A DNA stretch of 64,000 bases from Epithemia pelagica (taxonomy: Eukaryota > Protista > Bacillariophyta), in assembly GCA_946965045.2 (NCBI GenBank), contig OX337235.1, forward strand, positions 1,550,001-1,614,000. The letters are read 5' to 3'. Positions 46,071 through 56,867 of this stretch are shown here, piece by piece (position 1 is the stretch's first letter; each line of letters opens with the position of its first letter). The notes under the pieces were generated by a model. It ran no database searches. It had not been told where the DNA came from and saw nothing but the letters and a program-made list of their open reading frames with translations. The position numbers and the translations under genes were made by a program.

Positions 46071-47105
46071 TTAAATTTCGGAAGCGGCGACCGCAGCGGA
46101 CTGGCCCACGGATGGTTTGTACACAAAGTTGAAGCTGCAGTCATGAACATGGGCAAAGTTGGGGTTGCCACTGGCACGGAGTTTGAAACACAAAAAGTTT
46201 TCAAAGTCGACATGCAACGTCTTGGCATTCTTGTACGGTACCTGTTGGACGGGACCCGTGGCGGCGACACGACCGACCACAATGGTGACGGCATCCGCAT
46301 TGGCATTGCAGCAGCATCGTGGATCGTCATCATCGTAGGGGCAGCACAATCCACAACTGCGTTGCAACCAACCCTCATGGTCACCACCAACAGCAATATC
46401 GGCAATGGTTTCAAAGGACGTAATGGCCAGACCCGACTTGGAGAAGGCGTCACTGTGAGATTCTGTAACAATCTTGTTGAGAAGGTCGCTGTCGGCTGGA
46501 GACATTTCGTTGGCAAGACCAAGCAAGGAAAGTTGAGCTTCCGTGATGGCTTCATTGGCGTATGCCGTTTCGACGGGTCCCTGGCTGTTCAATCCACTGT
46601 GTTCCACAAAGGAGAAGGAGCAATCCTTGGCACTGGCAAAGTTGGCGAAACCAGACTTGCGGAGACGGTCACACAAATCTTGCTCAAAGGCCTCATGTAG
46701 GCTTGCAACGTTGGTGGTCTGGGTGGCCCCAAAGGCATCCTTGTAGTATTGGACTTCGACTTGGGCGTTGATAAAGGCTGCTTCTTCATTGTCCTTTTTG
46801 TTTTCAGTTGTCCACCAAAAGGAATCGGCTGGAATGGTCGAAAATCCACGAGCGTCCAAAGTGGCAATTTTTTGCCCAGCCTTGTCCAATCCCAAGGCGT
46901 GGTTGTACGCGGTGACGGCTTGCTTGGACACGTACTTGACTTCTTGTTCGCTGACCATATCGTGAAGACCTCCAATCACAATGCGGGCATCGTAGGTTTC
47001 GGTGGCGGCACTGTCCAGGAAGCTCCCAATCGCGGAGCGGAGATTAAACTCGGCCGCGGCCGTAGAAGAAAGGAGAGACGCAAAGGCAAGGATAGAGATC
47101 TTCAT
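46071..47105 (-). CDS. Secreted protein with an internally duplicated Cys-containing domain
   Basis: Signal peptide MKISILAFASLLSSTAAA; two repeats FEQDLCDRLRKSGFANFASAKDCSFSFV and FENFLCFKLRASGNPNFAHVHDCSFNFV. Confidence 0.85.
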   Translation of the reverse strand: MKISILAFASLLSSTAAAEFNLRSAIGSFLDSAATETYDARIVIGGLHDMVSEQEVKYVSKQAVTAYNHALGLDKAGQKIATLDARGFSTIPADSFWWTTENKKDNEEAAFINAQVEVQYYKDAFGATQTTNVASLHEAFEQDLCDRLRKSGFANFASAKDCSFSFVEHSGLNSQGPVETAYANEAITEAQLSLLGLANEMSPADSDLLNKIVTESHSDAFSKSGLAITSFETIADIAVGGDHEGWLQRSCGLCCPYDDDDPRCCCNANADAVTIVVGRVAATGPVQQVPYKNAKTLHVDFENFLCFKLRASGNPNFAHVHDCSFNFVYKPSVGQSAAVAASEI

Positions 47106-48249
47106 GTTTCGTTCGTTCTGCTGTTGTCTTTCAAGTTACCCGTTTTGGATTTGTGGCTTTTGGAAATTGTGAGCTCAATCAATTTGGAGAAGAGAGCTGT
47201 TGGCTAGCGCACTCTTGGTCATAGAGTATGGTACTGTCCGAACGTGGATCTACACATTGTTTGATGGATTGACAGGGTTCTCAACGTGGTGGGATCAGAG
47301 TACACGATCAAAGGCAACTGCGTTGTTCAAATTTGATGTTTTCATTGGTTGATTAACAATTTAGGTTTCCTTCCTGTGAATTTAAGTGCTGGTAGTGTTC
47401 GTCTAGCTACGGATCCGTAGTTACGATTAACAGAGTGTCTGTTGTGGGTGATGGCGGGATTGGTATCGTTGGATCGAAAGCTGAGGGATGCTATGCTTTC
47501 ATTGGATGATGGCCGTGACTTTCCCCATCTGGTTGGCCGACTACCGATCATTACAATCCCCTTCCCGCACCCAGTACCCAGTCATGCGTTGCGAGGCCGG
47601 TTCACGGACTGTGTTCTGTATAGTGAGCAGCACTTTTCCTCGACTCCTTGCTCCTACTCTACCCATACGGTAGAGAGGTCCTGATTGGTTCCAGGACGAC
47701 GCCGGGAGCGCTATGCGAATACCTGATTGGAGGATAAACAATACATATCACGCATCCCCGGGATGTAAGAGTGCTTTCGATCCGATTGAGACACTGCGGT
47801 CTCGTGGTAACCTCGAGAGAGGGTGTCGATTGAAAACTTTGGCATATATGTATATGATTGGTGGATTAGACTCGTGCACGGGACCAAAGATGTTTCGGTC
47901 GCACTAATATCTGAACTGCCAGGCACATAGAGGAGGTAGCATTTGGGATTACGCTTTTAGGAGAAGAGGATTCCTAGTGCACCTAGAAGTGTACTCCTAG
48001 GAGTCCGACGTACAAAATACGCGATCGACTAACACATTGTCAAAAGTCACACACCAAACCACAAATAACCAAAACAAAGATCAGATAGAGAATGTTTCGG
48101 GGAAGACAAAGAGGCACGTGAATATAGGGGTCGATCCTATTCCAGGGAGGAGCGGCTCGAATACTCTCCTCTCGAACAATTTGACAGCGATTGTTTTAGT
48201 CCGAGCTACCATGTGCTACGAATATAGGTCTCCTTCTATTAATAGTAGT

Positions 48250-50697
48250 CTAGTCCAAAACTGTTACTTTTTCCGATTCGACTCCAAAGGTTCGATAGCA
48301 CGACTTGGCTGTGCATATGATCATGATGGGTACAAACAGTCCGATCAAGACTCGTGCTAGAAATCGAGAGCAACAATCGTTTCTTGGTGGTGGACTGACA
48401 AACTCTTCGTCTTCGAAGTCTTCTTCTGGATCTCTGTCGTGTTCGGACACTACCATTGGATCGAACGAGCTTGCCACCTCGTGTGCTTCTTGTCCTCGTT
48501 CCGTCGTTCGTGTCGCGTGATCGTGTAGGTCCATGTCCTGCATCGTACTACTACGAGTCCTTGGAGGATGCAATCCCTCGTTGGTATGTCCCATACGTGT
48601 CGTTGTTGGTGGTCGTGTGGTGGTTGTCTTTGGCTGGGATACAAAGACGAGATAGGATGCCAGGGGCAGTATCATGGCCAACGCAATGGCCAAGGAACTA
48701 CCAATCAAATCCCAGACAACATCAATACTATCGACACAACTGGCAATGGCCATGGCAGACCAAAAGAGGACCATGGCCACAAGCAAGCGCATCCATCCAG
48801 GAGGAGGAGTGGAGTGATTCTTGTTGTTCTGGTGGTGGCGGTTGCTTTGGTGGGAGGATACTTGCGATCTTGGAGGGCAAGGTTCGTCCCAGAGCGGTGG
48901 TGTTGGTGGCCAGGCAGCTCCTGTCATCCAATCTTCTTCCTCCTGAGGTGTCGTACTTGCCAACCACACGAGATGGTGTTCGTCGTCCTCTGGACGGACC
49001 GGGGTCCCCTCCTCGGTAGCTTGTTGTTGTTGTTGTTCCTCCTCCATGGGTGCTGTCGTCGTCATGTGTATCTGCTTGTTTGGATCGTCGTCCTCCTCCA
49101 AGGGTTGGTACCACCACCAGACCCAAATTTGCTCGACAACGACATCTCGTGCGGGAAGAATCAGCATTGGAAAGGCACTGGTCAAGGCAATGGCCATACA
49201 GGTTCGTTCGATCATCCATAACAGTTGAACCGTCCAATCATTCTCCTGGTCCAGAGTGGGTTCCAAATTCCGCAAAATGTTGGACGACACCACGCCAGTG
49301 GTGGGTTCCAAAGAAGCATTTTCCTGACACGAGCGACAAGTGCCATAGACAGACCCGGCGACACCCAGGACCGCATAAAACACGGTCGCCCATAGTGTGG
49401 TGGATCGCAGCCAGGCTCCAATCCGAGTCGGTGTCGGAGATTGCAAGTCATTGGCAATGGGTACAATGGCAAAATGACCAATATAGCAATACAGAAAAAT
49501 CGGCAAGACGGTCCACAGCTCGTCCAGGACAAACTGGTACAATCGTTCTCCAACACTGTTGGGTTCCGATCCGTTTGACGACGACGACGACAAGGCAGGA
49601 GGCCACAAGGAAAAGTGGTCCCTCCAAGGATGCAAAGTGTCCTTGTTGTTGTCGTCGTCATTCATGGCAGGAGTCGTCGTCAGGAGACATATCAGGGTTT
49701 GTATCACCAAGCAAGTGGCCAATAGGGTTAGACAGGCCATGGACACGGCTCCTACATGTTGCAAGGAGGTGACGGTGGGTACCGCGCACAATGGTGTCAC
49801 AACCACGACCATGAACAACCAGGGTACCAAGTGTCGTGCGTCCAGTGGTAAGTGGTGGTGGTGGTCGCCGTCGTTGTCGTCGAGATGCCACTTGATGTTG
49901 TTCTTGTCGGACAAGAAACCCAAGAAAGCTGGTTCGTCGTCGTATTGAGAATCGTAGTAGTACTGTTGGTCGTCGTCCCCCGTCGTCCTTGTCGGCGGCG
50001 AAGTACGAGAAACATGTACCAAATCACGCCACAAGACTCCATATCCCACCGTCGTACAAAAACAAAACAGAGCAATCAAACCCGTCGCCAAGGCTTGTCC
50101 TCGTCGACCAAAGGCTCGTCCCACAATTTGAGGAAAGGAATCCTGTCCGCGACAAACATCCAGTGTGGTTTCGTCACAAGAAGACGGCGGATCCACCAAG
50201 CCGTCATTGGTGTCATTCTCGTCGTTGGTTTCTTCATTCACCACGGAAAGAAGCGGTTCGTCGAGGCGACCTCCCTCCTCCACTCCATCGAATGGATTGG
50301 GACTCGCATTCTCTTGGTCGACCGCAGGACCCTCGCCCGTCGAATGCCGAGGCTGTGGTTGTTTTTGGTCTCGACTTGTCGTCGTCGTTGTCATTTGCCA
50401 AATCAAAACATGAAAAGAAAATTCGGTCACGGCCGCCACGAGGAGCAACAAGAGAGGTCCCACCAGAGCATTGCCCGAACGAGCAAAGGCATAGGGCATG
50501 GACAAGGCACCACCTCCGACCATGGTGGACAAGAGATTGAATCGGGCCGAATTCAGAGTTCCTGTACGATGAGGACAACTGTCATGGTTGTTGTTGTTGT
50601 TGTTGTTGTTGTTCTGGTGGTGTTGATTGGCGTTGGAGCTCATACTGGTGAAATGTCGCGAGATTTGGTCGTTGTTGTTGGTTGGTGATTGATTCAC
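48250..50697 (-). CDS. Amino-acid transporter (AAAP/SLC38-like)
   Basis: FNLLSTMVGGGALSMPYAFARSG, multiple TM helices, FLYCYIGHFAIVPI, low-complexity loops; 815 aa. Confidence 0.9.
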   Translation of the reverse strand: MNQSPTNNNDQISRHFTSMSSNANQHHQNNNNNNNNNHDSCPHRTGTLNSARFNLLSTMVGGGALSMPYAFARSGNALVGPLLLLLVAAVTEFSFHVLIWQMTTTTTSRDQKQPQPRHSTGEGPAVDQENASPNPFDGVEEGGRLDEPLLSVVNEETNDENDTNDGLVDPPSSCDETTLDVCRGQDSFPQIVGRAFGRRGQALATGLIALFCFCTTVGYGVLWRDLVHVSRTSPPTRTTGDDDQQYYYDSQYDDEPAFLGFLSDKNNIKWHLDDNDGDHHHHLPLDARHLVPWLFMVVVVTPLCAVPTVTSLQHVGAVSMACLTLLATCLVIQTLICLLTTTPAMNDDDNNKDTLHPWRDHFSLWPPALSSSSSNGSEPNSVGERLYQFVLDELWTVLPIFLYCYIGHFAIVPIANDLQSPTPTRIGAWLRSTTLWATVFYAVLGVAGSVYGTCRSCQENASLEPTTGVVSSNILRNLEPTLDQENDWTVQLLWMIERTCMAIALTSAFPMLILPARDVVVEQIWVWWWYQPLEEDDDPNKQIHMTTTAPMEEEQQQQQATEEGTPVRPEDDEHHLVWLASTTPQEEEDWMTGAAWPPTPPLWDEPCPPRSQVSSHQSNRHHQNNKNHSTPPPGWMRLLVAMVLFWSAMAIASCVDSIDVVWDLIGSSLAIALAMILPLASYLVFVSQPKTTTTRPPTTTRMGHTNEGLHPPRTRSSTMQDMDLHDHATRTTERGQEAHEVASSFDPMVVSEHDRDPEEDFEDEEFVSPPPRNDCCSRFLARVLIGLFVPIMIICTAKSCYRTFGVESEKVTVLD

Positions 50698-52599
50698 ACT
50701 CTACCAAGCCAAGAAAAAATGAGACACAAATCCGCAAGGTTTTGGGGGCCAACGTTTGCGTCAGTCCTCTCGAGTCACACATCCTTCTCCTCCTCTTGCT
50801 CTTGTCTGCAAGGACCGCAAGGACGCGCTGTGTTCCAAAGGTTTGCAGCGTCGGCATGATGCGATCTCTCATTCATTCTCTCGTGTGTGTTTTGATTGGT
50901 GGACTACGGAGTACTTATCCCGCGTGACACATTCCATCCCCCGGTCGCGTCGAAGAAATCCAGTCGCGCATTCATCGAGAGAGATCCTTGAACGCCATAA
51001 GGATAGCATAATAATGCCGTCACAAGAGAAAGGATAGCCTCTACCAGAGGCCGTTCCACTGGAATCACAGAGAGTCGTCGTCACACGATAGGAAATTTTC
51101 GTTGGATACACGGTCATGATTGCGTGAGGCAGGTGACTCGGGGGTCGTTGGGCAGAACACTAGGGTCCTGCCGTAAAACGAGGATGATTCCAAAACTGTG
51201 ATGGAACGACGTCTCCGCGAGGCCCCCGTGGTCGCCTGTATACATGTGAAAATTGAGAAGAAAGCAACACTACACTGGATTCGAGCAATTCTTCGTCTTG
51301 TGCCACCAGGTCTTGGTGGCGTGATGGACCTTGTGCACCATGTGGTCTCCTTTCCGTAGGAGAAGAAGAAGAGGAAGGTGGCAAGACGATAGATCGAGTC
51401 CAATGGTCCAACGAACGTTCGGGCACATCGTGCACAAAGGGAGATGTATAGTGCATTGGAGTCTTGGTAGTACGTTTCATCTTCTCGCAAAAATTCCAGG
51501 GTATGAAAATGGGTGGGTACTTGTCGGAAGGGCAAGAGCGGCGAAGCAAACGCCAAACAGGCCCGAGTGGAACGAAAAATGGCATTTGACACGAGATTCA
51601 TACACCAAAGGTTTCCACTCCCGAAAGTTCAATTGTACCATTTCGAGTTGCCGGTTGGACAAGATCTTTTGCCAATACAATACAAGGTGGACAATTGCGC
51701 GCATGTATCAAATCGCGCTCGCCTCTGGCATCCACAAACTGGTGGAATGGACCGTGACGGTCGGCCAGGCACCCCGAAGATTGTCGTCCTGGATCATTGC
51801 AAGCCAAGCATTCGCACGATTTGTTTTTTCTTCTTGTTCTTCTTGGTGTTGCGACCAATATGTTTGGAGTGCTTCTTTTGACTGTTCTGGTCTTGGTGGT
51901 CATGCAAATGAATGGTGGCATTCGCAATGTCGGCACCAAACGTTTGGTGAGCAGCCGCCTTTTACACTCCTGCATAATACGATGAAAGGTCTTGTTGACG
52001 CGCGTACAGGATAGGGCCAAGTCCGGGACGCTCAACTACGACAGTACCTGCACCAACAACTCGACGGGAAGCCTGGTCAACGAGGGAGGCATAGTGGAAG
52101 TCGGAGCAGCCATGGCGATAGTTTGGGGATTCATGATTCTTCAAGTGTGTGATCACACTGCTGCTTGAAATACGAAGCAGGTCGTTTCCGCTGCAATCTT
52201 TGGAGGCAAACCGTTGAAGGGCCACTTTTTCAGAGTTGTGGTTCAGTTTTCTAGAGTACGGATGCCGATTTTTGAGGTTTTTGTGGGAAAGAATGGTTGT
52301 TCGCGCGCTCGCGCGCGTGTCTGCCGGCGCGCCCGTCCGTCCCGCAGACACATAGTATTTTGATTCGGGGGAATCTAGCTAGAGGTATCTTTCCAACAAC
52401 AAAAATGGGCACCAAAGATCCAAACGATCCCATCCCAAGGACGACATCGATATATTCCATCCAGAATCGCAGTCCGAGATCGAATTGGCGCTGCTGCCTC
52501 CTCTCCTTGCATATCAGCTGGAAACTCAAGTCGTGACACCAGTAGGCGACAAGGACGATCCGTATTCACACCTCGGATCGCAGCGGTCCAATAAAACCC

Positions 52600-54528
52600 A
52601 TGGTGCTGCAAGTTTCTCGTTTGGCGTGCTGGTGGTGGTGCTTGCTGGTGGTGATCTCCAACTGGAATTGCAAGGCAAAACCCGAACATCGCCGATACCA
52701 CCCTCATGTCTGTGTGGCATCGTGGTCGTCGTCCACGAGACGGACCAATCGCACGGCAGCAACAGGAAAAAGAGACGTCAACGTCCCGAATCGATCAATG
52801 TGTCCTCGAGGCAATACCTGTTGTCCCACAACCATTCCAGGCACATTTGCCTGTTTGACGGGGAACCATGGCATGGTGGGAACCTGTTGTCCACCACACG
52901 ACACTGACCATGACCATCCAAATACTACTCCCTGGGGTACGGGATGTGCCGAAAATTACACGTGTGTCACCACATCCTCCTCTTCCACCACCATGCCATT
53001 CTCGGAGTATTGTCAATTGATGCCTGGTCGACAACCTCCGGAAGAAGGCGTCCCGGAACAAGTTCCACGATATTCCTTGTGTCGTCTTCCGACCCGTGCC
53101 CTGCAACGACTGTGGACCTTTCCCATTTCCTCCCAGTACGCCACTCCCTATCGTCACGGCAATGCCACACAACCAGAACGAGTCGAACATGATGACGACA
53201 CCGACAAGGACAATCCATTTCATTCCAACTATGCCATGGCCTACATGACCTCCACCGGTCAAGCCTTGACGAATCCTACTGTAAATTACTCGTGGGTCCA
53301 AACCCTGGTGATTACCATTCATGGATCGGGTCGCAATGCCGACGACTACTTGTGTGCTACGCAAGCCGCCATTTCCCCCGCACAGTTGACCAGCACCCTG
53401 GTGGTGGCACCCTGGTTTTTGGCTCCTCGAGATAATATCACGGCGTTCCTACCGCAAGAGGACGTGTTGGACGACGACCATTCTCACCACCACCTTCATC
53501 TCTTACGATGGTACGAGTCCAATCCGAATAAAACCTGGTTGCCCCATGCCTGGCGCTATGGTGCCAATTCCATTCATGGCAATATCAGTTCCTATGCCGT
53601 CTTGGATGCTCTCTTGGATTGGTTCCTCCTGGATGATACTGTCAACACGCGGTTTCCACGCTTGCAACAGGTGGTTGTGACGGGACATTCGGCCGGTGGA
53701 CAATACACACAACGTTGGGCGCTCTTGTCCTCCCAACGACTCGTGCGAGACTTTGATCATCATCCACAACAACCACAACAACCACAACAACCACAACAAT
53801 CATCAGACTTGGTGAGACAATCCTTGCAACCTCACACACCAGCCTTGGCGAGTTCCATTGCCTTGCGAGTGGTCGTGGCCAATCCCCGATCCTTTTGTTA
53901 TTTGGACCCTCGTCGGTATTGGGAGGCGACCCAGCAATGGCAAGTACCACCCCGGGACGAACGTTTTGCCTGTGCCATGTACAATGATTGGCAATGGGGA
54001 TTGACGACGTCTTCCAATAATGATGATGATTATTCCAACATTTTGCCCTGTCCCTACAAGGACCGTGCCATTGAGCGACGGACCCTGGCACACATTGTAC
54101 AAGAGTACCGACACTTGCCCATTGTATACCTCTCGGGGCAGTTGGATGTGATTCCCAATGGCCAATGCATGGACCAATGGCAAGGCATGAATCGACGGAC
54201 ACGGAGTCGGCGATTTTATCAGTATCTCAATCATGTCGTGTACAATGACACCACTTCAACTACTCGATATGACAATGACTACGACCAACCACCCCTGATT
54301 CATGCTCGATTGGAAGTTCCTCATGTCCATCACGATCATTCGCTCTTGTATACCAGTGTACAAGGTCGAGTCGCCCTGTTTGGGACTCTTTCTCAACTCC
54401 AATACCATCAACAGCAACAACAACAAGCCAATTGGCAAGACGATTGGGTCCATCCGTCATCCAAAACAGACAGGTGGAACGAACTGGAACAAGAACAAGA
54501 AAGCGATAGAGAAGAAGAAGAAACCTGA
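52600..54528 (+). CDS. Secreted alpha/beta hydrolase with N-terminal Cys-rich (granulin-like) segment
   Basis: Signal peptide; CPRGNTCC...CC...C; IHGSGRNADDY; GHSAGGQ nucleophile elbow; VVANPRSFCY; HHDH near the C-terminus. Confidence 0.82.
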   Translation: MVLQVSRLACWWWCLLVVISNWNCKAKPEHRRYHPHVCVASWSSSTRRTNRTAATGKRDVNVPNRSMCPRGNTCCPTTIPGTFACLTGNHGMVGTCCPPHDTDHDHPNTTPWGTGCAENYTCVTTSSSSTTMPFSEYCQLMPGRQPPEEGVPEQVPRYSLCRLPTRALQRLWTFPISSQYATPYRHGNATQPERVEHDDDTDKDNPFHSNYAMAYMTSTGQALTNPTVNYSWVQTLVITIHGSGRNADDYLCATQAAISPAQLTSTLVVAPWFLAPRDNITAFLPQEDVLDDDHSHHHLHLLRWYESNPNKTWLPHAWRYGANSIHGNISSYAVLDALLDWFLLDDTVNTRFPRLQQVVVTGHSAGGQYTQRWALLSSQRLVRDFDHHPQQPQQPQQPQQSSDLVRQSLQPHTPALASSIALRVVVANPRSFCYLDPRRYWEATQQWQVPPRDERFACAMYNDWQWGLTTSSNNDDDYSNILPCPYKDRAIERRTLAHIVQEYRHLPIVYLSGQLDVIPNGQCMDQWQGMNRRTRSRRFYQYLNHVVYNDTTSTTRYDNDYDQPPLIHARLEVPHVHHDHSLLYTSVQGRVALFGTLSQLQYHQQQQQQANWQDDWVHPSSKTDRWNELEQEQESDREEEET

Positions 54529-54895
54529 AACGGGAGGACTCTGGGTTTGAACCATTCCTCCGAACCACGCCTTTTATCGTCTGAGCTCTCTCGTTTCCAA
54601 GTCTTGGAAACAAGGGGCACATTCACAACCAACAGGACCGTAAGTAATGAACACCATATGCTTATCGGGTCACGGCGTTGAATGAATGGACCATTGGATG
54701 AAAGTGCCAGGAGAAAGATTAGTGTTTGGCTCGTGTATGTTAATTGTAGAATCTACTGGATGTATAACTGATACAGAAATGGAGTTCTACTAGGAATGTG
54801 TGTACATGAAACAGAAGAGATGGAACAATCCAAGATATGCACATGGGGAACCGCCAAAAAATGAGTTTGTCTCTCTGTGTTTGTCATTGTCCCTC

Positions 54896-56323
54896 TTAAT
54901 TTTTGGGAAAAAAGGGTTTGTAATTGCGATTGGGGAATTCATCCATGAGTCGAATCAAGTCTTGAAAATCGGTAATGAACCAATCCGAGGCATCGCGAAC
55001 ATTTTCCCGGACCACGACACCTCCAAACCCAATAAAGGCTTTGGCCGGAGGTTTGGCTTGTGCATCCGTAAAGCCATCGCCAATCATGACCATGCATTCG
55101 TAGGGAACTGGCGTTTCCTTCCCATCGGTCGTCACCCGACTCGTGGTCCGAATCAATTCCAAGGCCTTGGCCTTGCCTCCGTCTTGGGAGGTGGGTTCCT
55201 CATCGTCAAAGCCCACATACAAGTCGTGTTCTTCTCCGTCGTCGCCACTAAAAATCCAGCTGGCCTTCTTGGGGGTCTTGGTTTCGCTCACCTCTTGCTG
55301 CGTGGCGTCATTGGGATCTGGTTTTTCAAAGTACAGTGTATTGGCATAAATGTTGGCCGGAGGAATTTGCAATTGTTCGGCCACGGGTTCAATCATGATT
55401 CGAAAGCCTCCCGATACCAAATAGACGTGTTTGTCCGCATCGTGCAATCGTTCCATCAATTCTTCAACGCCTGCAGTCAATTTCAAGGGCCGTTCCACGA
55501 GACAGCTTTGAATTTCTTGTTTGCTCGGTTGCAACAACTCCAGTCGGGCCGCCAGGGCATCTTGAAATTTCATTCCCCCCTCCATGGCTTGTTTGGTCAA
55601 GGCGGCGACTTGTTCGCCCTTGCCCAGGTAATCGGCCAAGACATCAATGCCCTCTTCGGCAATCAAGGTGGAATCGACATCGAAACAAACACAATCGGCC
55701 CGCATAAACGATTCCATGGCCAAGGGTACATTGTTTCCCACCACAGAAGCACGGCCGTGATTGGTCATGGCCGTCATCATTTCTTCGCCCGTCGCGGCCG
55801 TCATGTGGCGGGGCCGACTCGCCAGGACAAAGGACGCTGCGGGGGTCTGCGAATAACAGCGGGTCGTCGTTGGTTTGGTGGTGGTTGGTGCCGTAGTTCT
55901 AGAATGGATTCGGTCCCAGGGGTGCTGCGGCACCACTACTGTTGAGTAGGATTGTCGAGTGTGTGACTGGTGGTATGGTGGTGGAGCTGGTGCGATCCAT
56001 GCAGCTCGTGTGGCAGAGGTGATGGATCGTTGCGTCAGGAATGTGGTCCTCGTAGTTGTAGGTCTTGCCGAAAAATATCGTTGGCTCCTGCAAGTTTGGA
56101 AATATTGGGTGGAGACTCGGCAGGAAGAATTCATGCTACCCCAATCCAAAGAAGCAGAACAAGAACAAGATTGTGTTTGCAGCCGTGAACAACAAGACAG
56201 CCACCACGAATCTGCAGCAACTCTACTAGGCGTAGGACTCGAAAGGAACAACCACGTGAAACAGCAGAAAGCAAAGAAGCAGGAGAAATAGTTGCGTCCT
56301 CCTGTTTTGGATAGTCTGGGCAT
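54896..56323 (-). CDS. PSPH: Phosphoserine phosphatase (HAD family) with organelle-targeting-like N-terminal extension; start uncertain
   Basis: CFDVDSTLI (DxDxT), LVSGGF, MIGDGFTD, AFIGFGGVVVR; ATG at 56323 chosen because a hydrophobic leader follows. Confidence 0.88.
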   Translation of the reverse strand: MPRLSKTGGRNYFSCFFAFCCFTWLFLSSPTPSRVAADSWWLSCCSRLQTQSCSCSASLDWGSMNSSCRVSTQYFQTCRSQRYFSARPTTTRTTFLTQRSITSATRAAWIAPAPPPYHQSHTRQSYSTVVVPQHPWDRIHSRTTAPTTTKPTTTRCYSQTPAASFVLASRPRHMTAATGEEMMTAMTNHGRASVVGNNVPLAMESFMRADCVCFDVDSTLIAEEGIDVLADYLGKGEQVAALTKQAMEGGMKFQDALAARLELLQPSKQEIQSCLVERPLKLTAGVEELMERLHDADKHVYLVSGGFRIMIEPVAEQLQIPPANIYANTLYFEKPDPNDATQQEVSETKTPKKASWIFSGDDGEEHDLYVGFDDEEPTSQDGGKAKALELIRTTSRVTTDGKETPVPYECMVMIGDGFTDAQAKPPAKAFIGFGGVVVRENVRDASDWFITDFQDLIRLMDEFPNRNYKPFFPKN

Positions 56324-56867
56324 GCAAACAAGTGGTGGCAATGGTTTAGTAGGTGCAGTGTCTTCGTGTCTCTGGTGTATCTTGACCAGGGAGAGCAAAA
56401 GTTTGGATCTGAAGAATGAAGCTTTGCAACGAATTACCAAGCGCCTCTTCAATGATGAGACTAGACACTCTGATGACGACGAACCTTTGAACGGCCAAGA
56501 GATCAGAGAGAGTTCTAAGATATTATTATATTGGAGAATGATCTCACTCCAACAATGATTGGCATGTCTGACACGACTCCACAGTCCACACCACATCGAC
56601 CGACATCCCCCAAAGACACGGTGATTCGCACATAGATCGCTCTTTAAGTAACCCGGATCTATTAAATGAATCGCGTCTACTCTTACGGGTCGCGTTTTCA
56701 CGTACACAGAACCCGGATTTCACAAAGATCCGGGTGTGTCACGCTCTATCTTTTTCCTTGGGAATCGGGAATCGGGAACACATTCCTACTCTATCAATCG
56801 CCGGGGCAAGGCAAAAGGGAAGGAAGAGATTACAACAAGGAAGCAATCGCAAAGCAACTGTATCATC

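Noticed and set aside
47993-48004. 12-bp palindrome ACTCCTAGGAGT
   Set aside because: Single occurrence without TIR/TSD structure; expected by chance in 64 kb.
51050-52350. Coding-like broken frames on the minus strand
   Set aside because: Probably a decayed gene, but no motif was recognised; left unannotated.
56324-56707. N-terminal 128 codons of the 603-aa ORF as part of PSPH
   Set aside because: They start at a non-ATG codon, overlap the divergent promoter region and look non-coding. The downstream ATG with a hydrophobic leader is more plausible.
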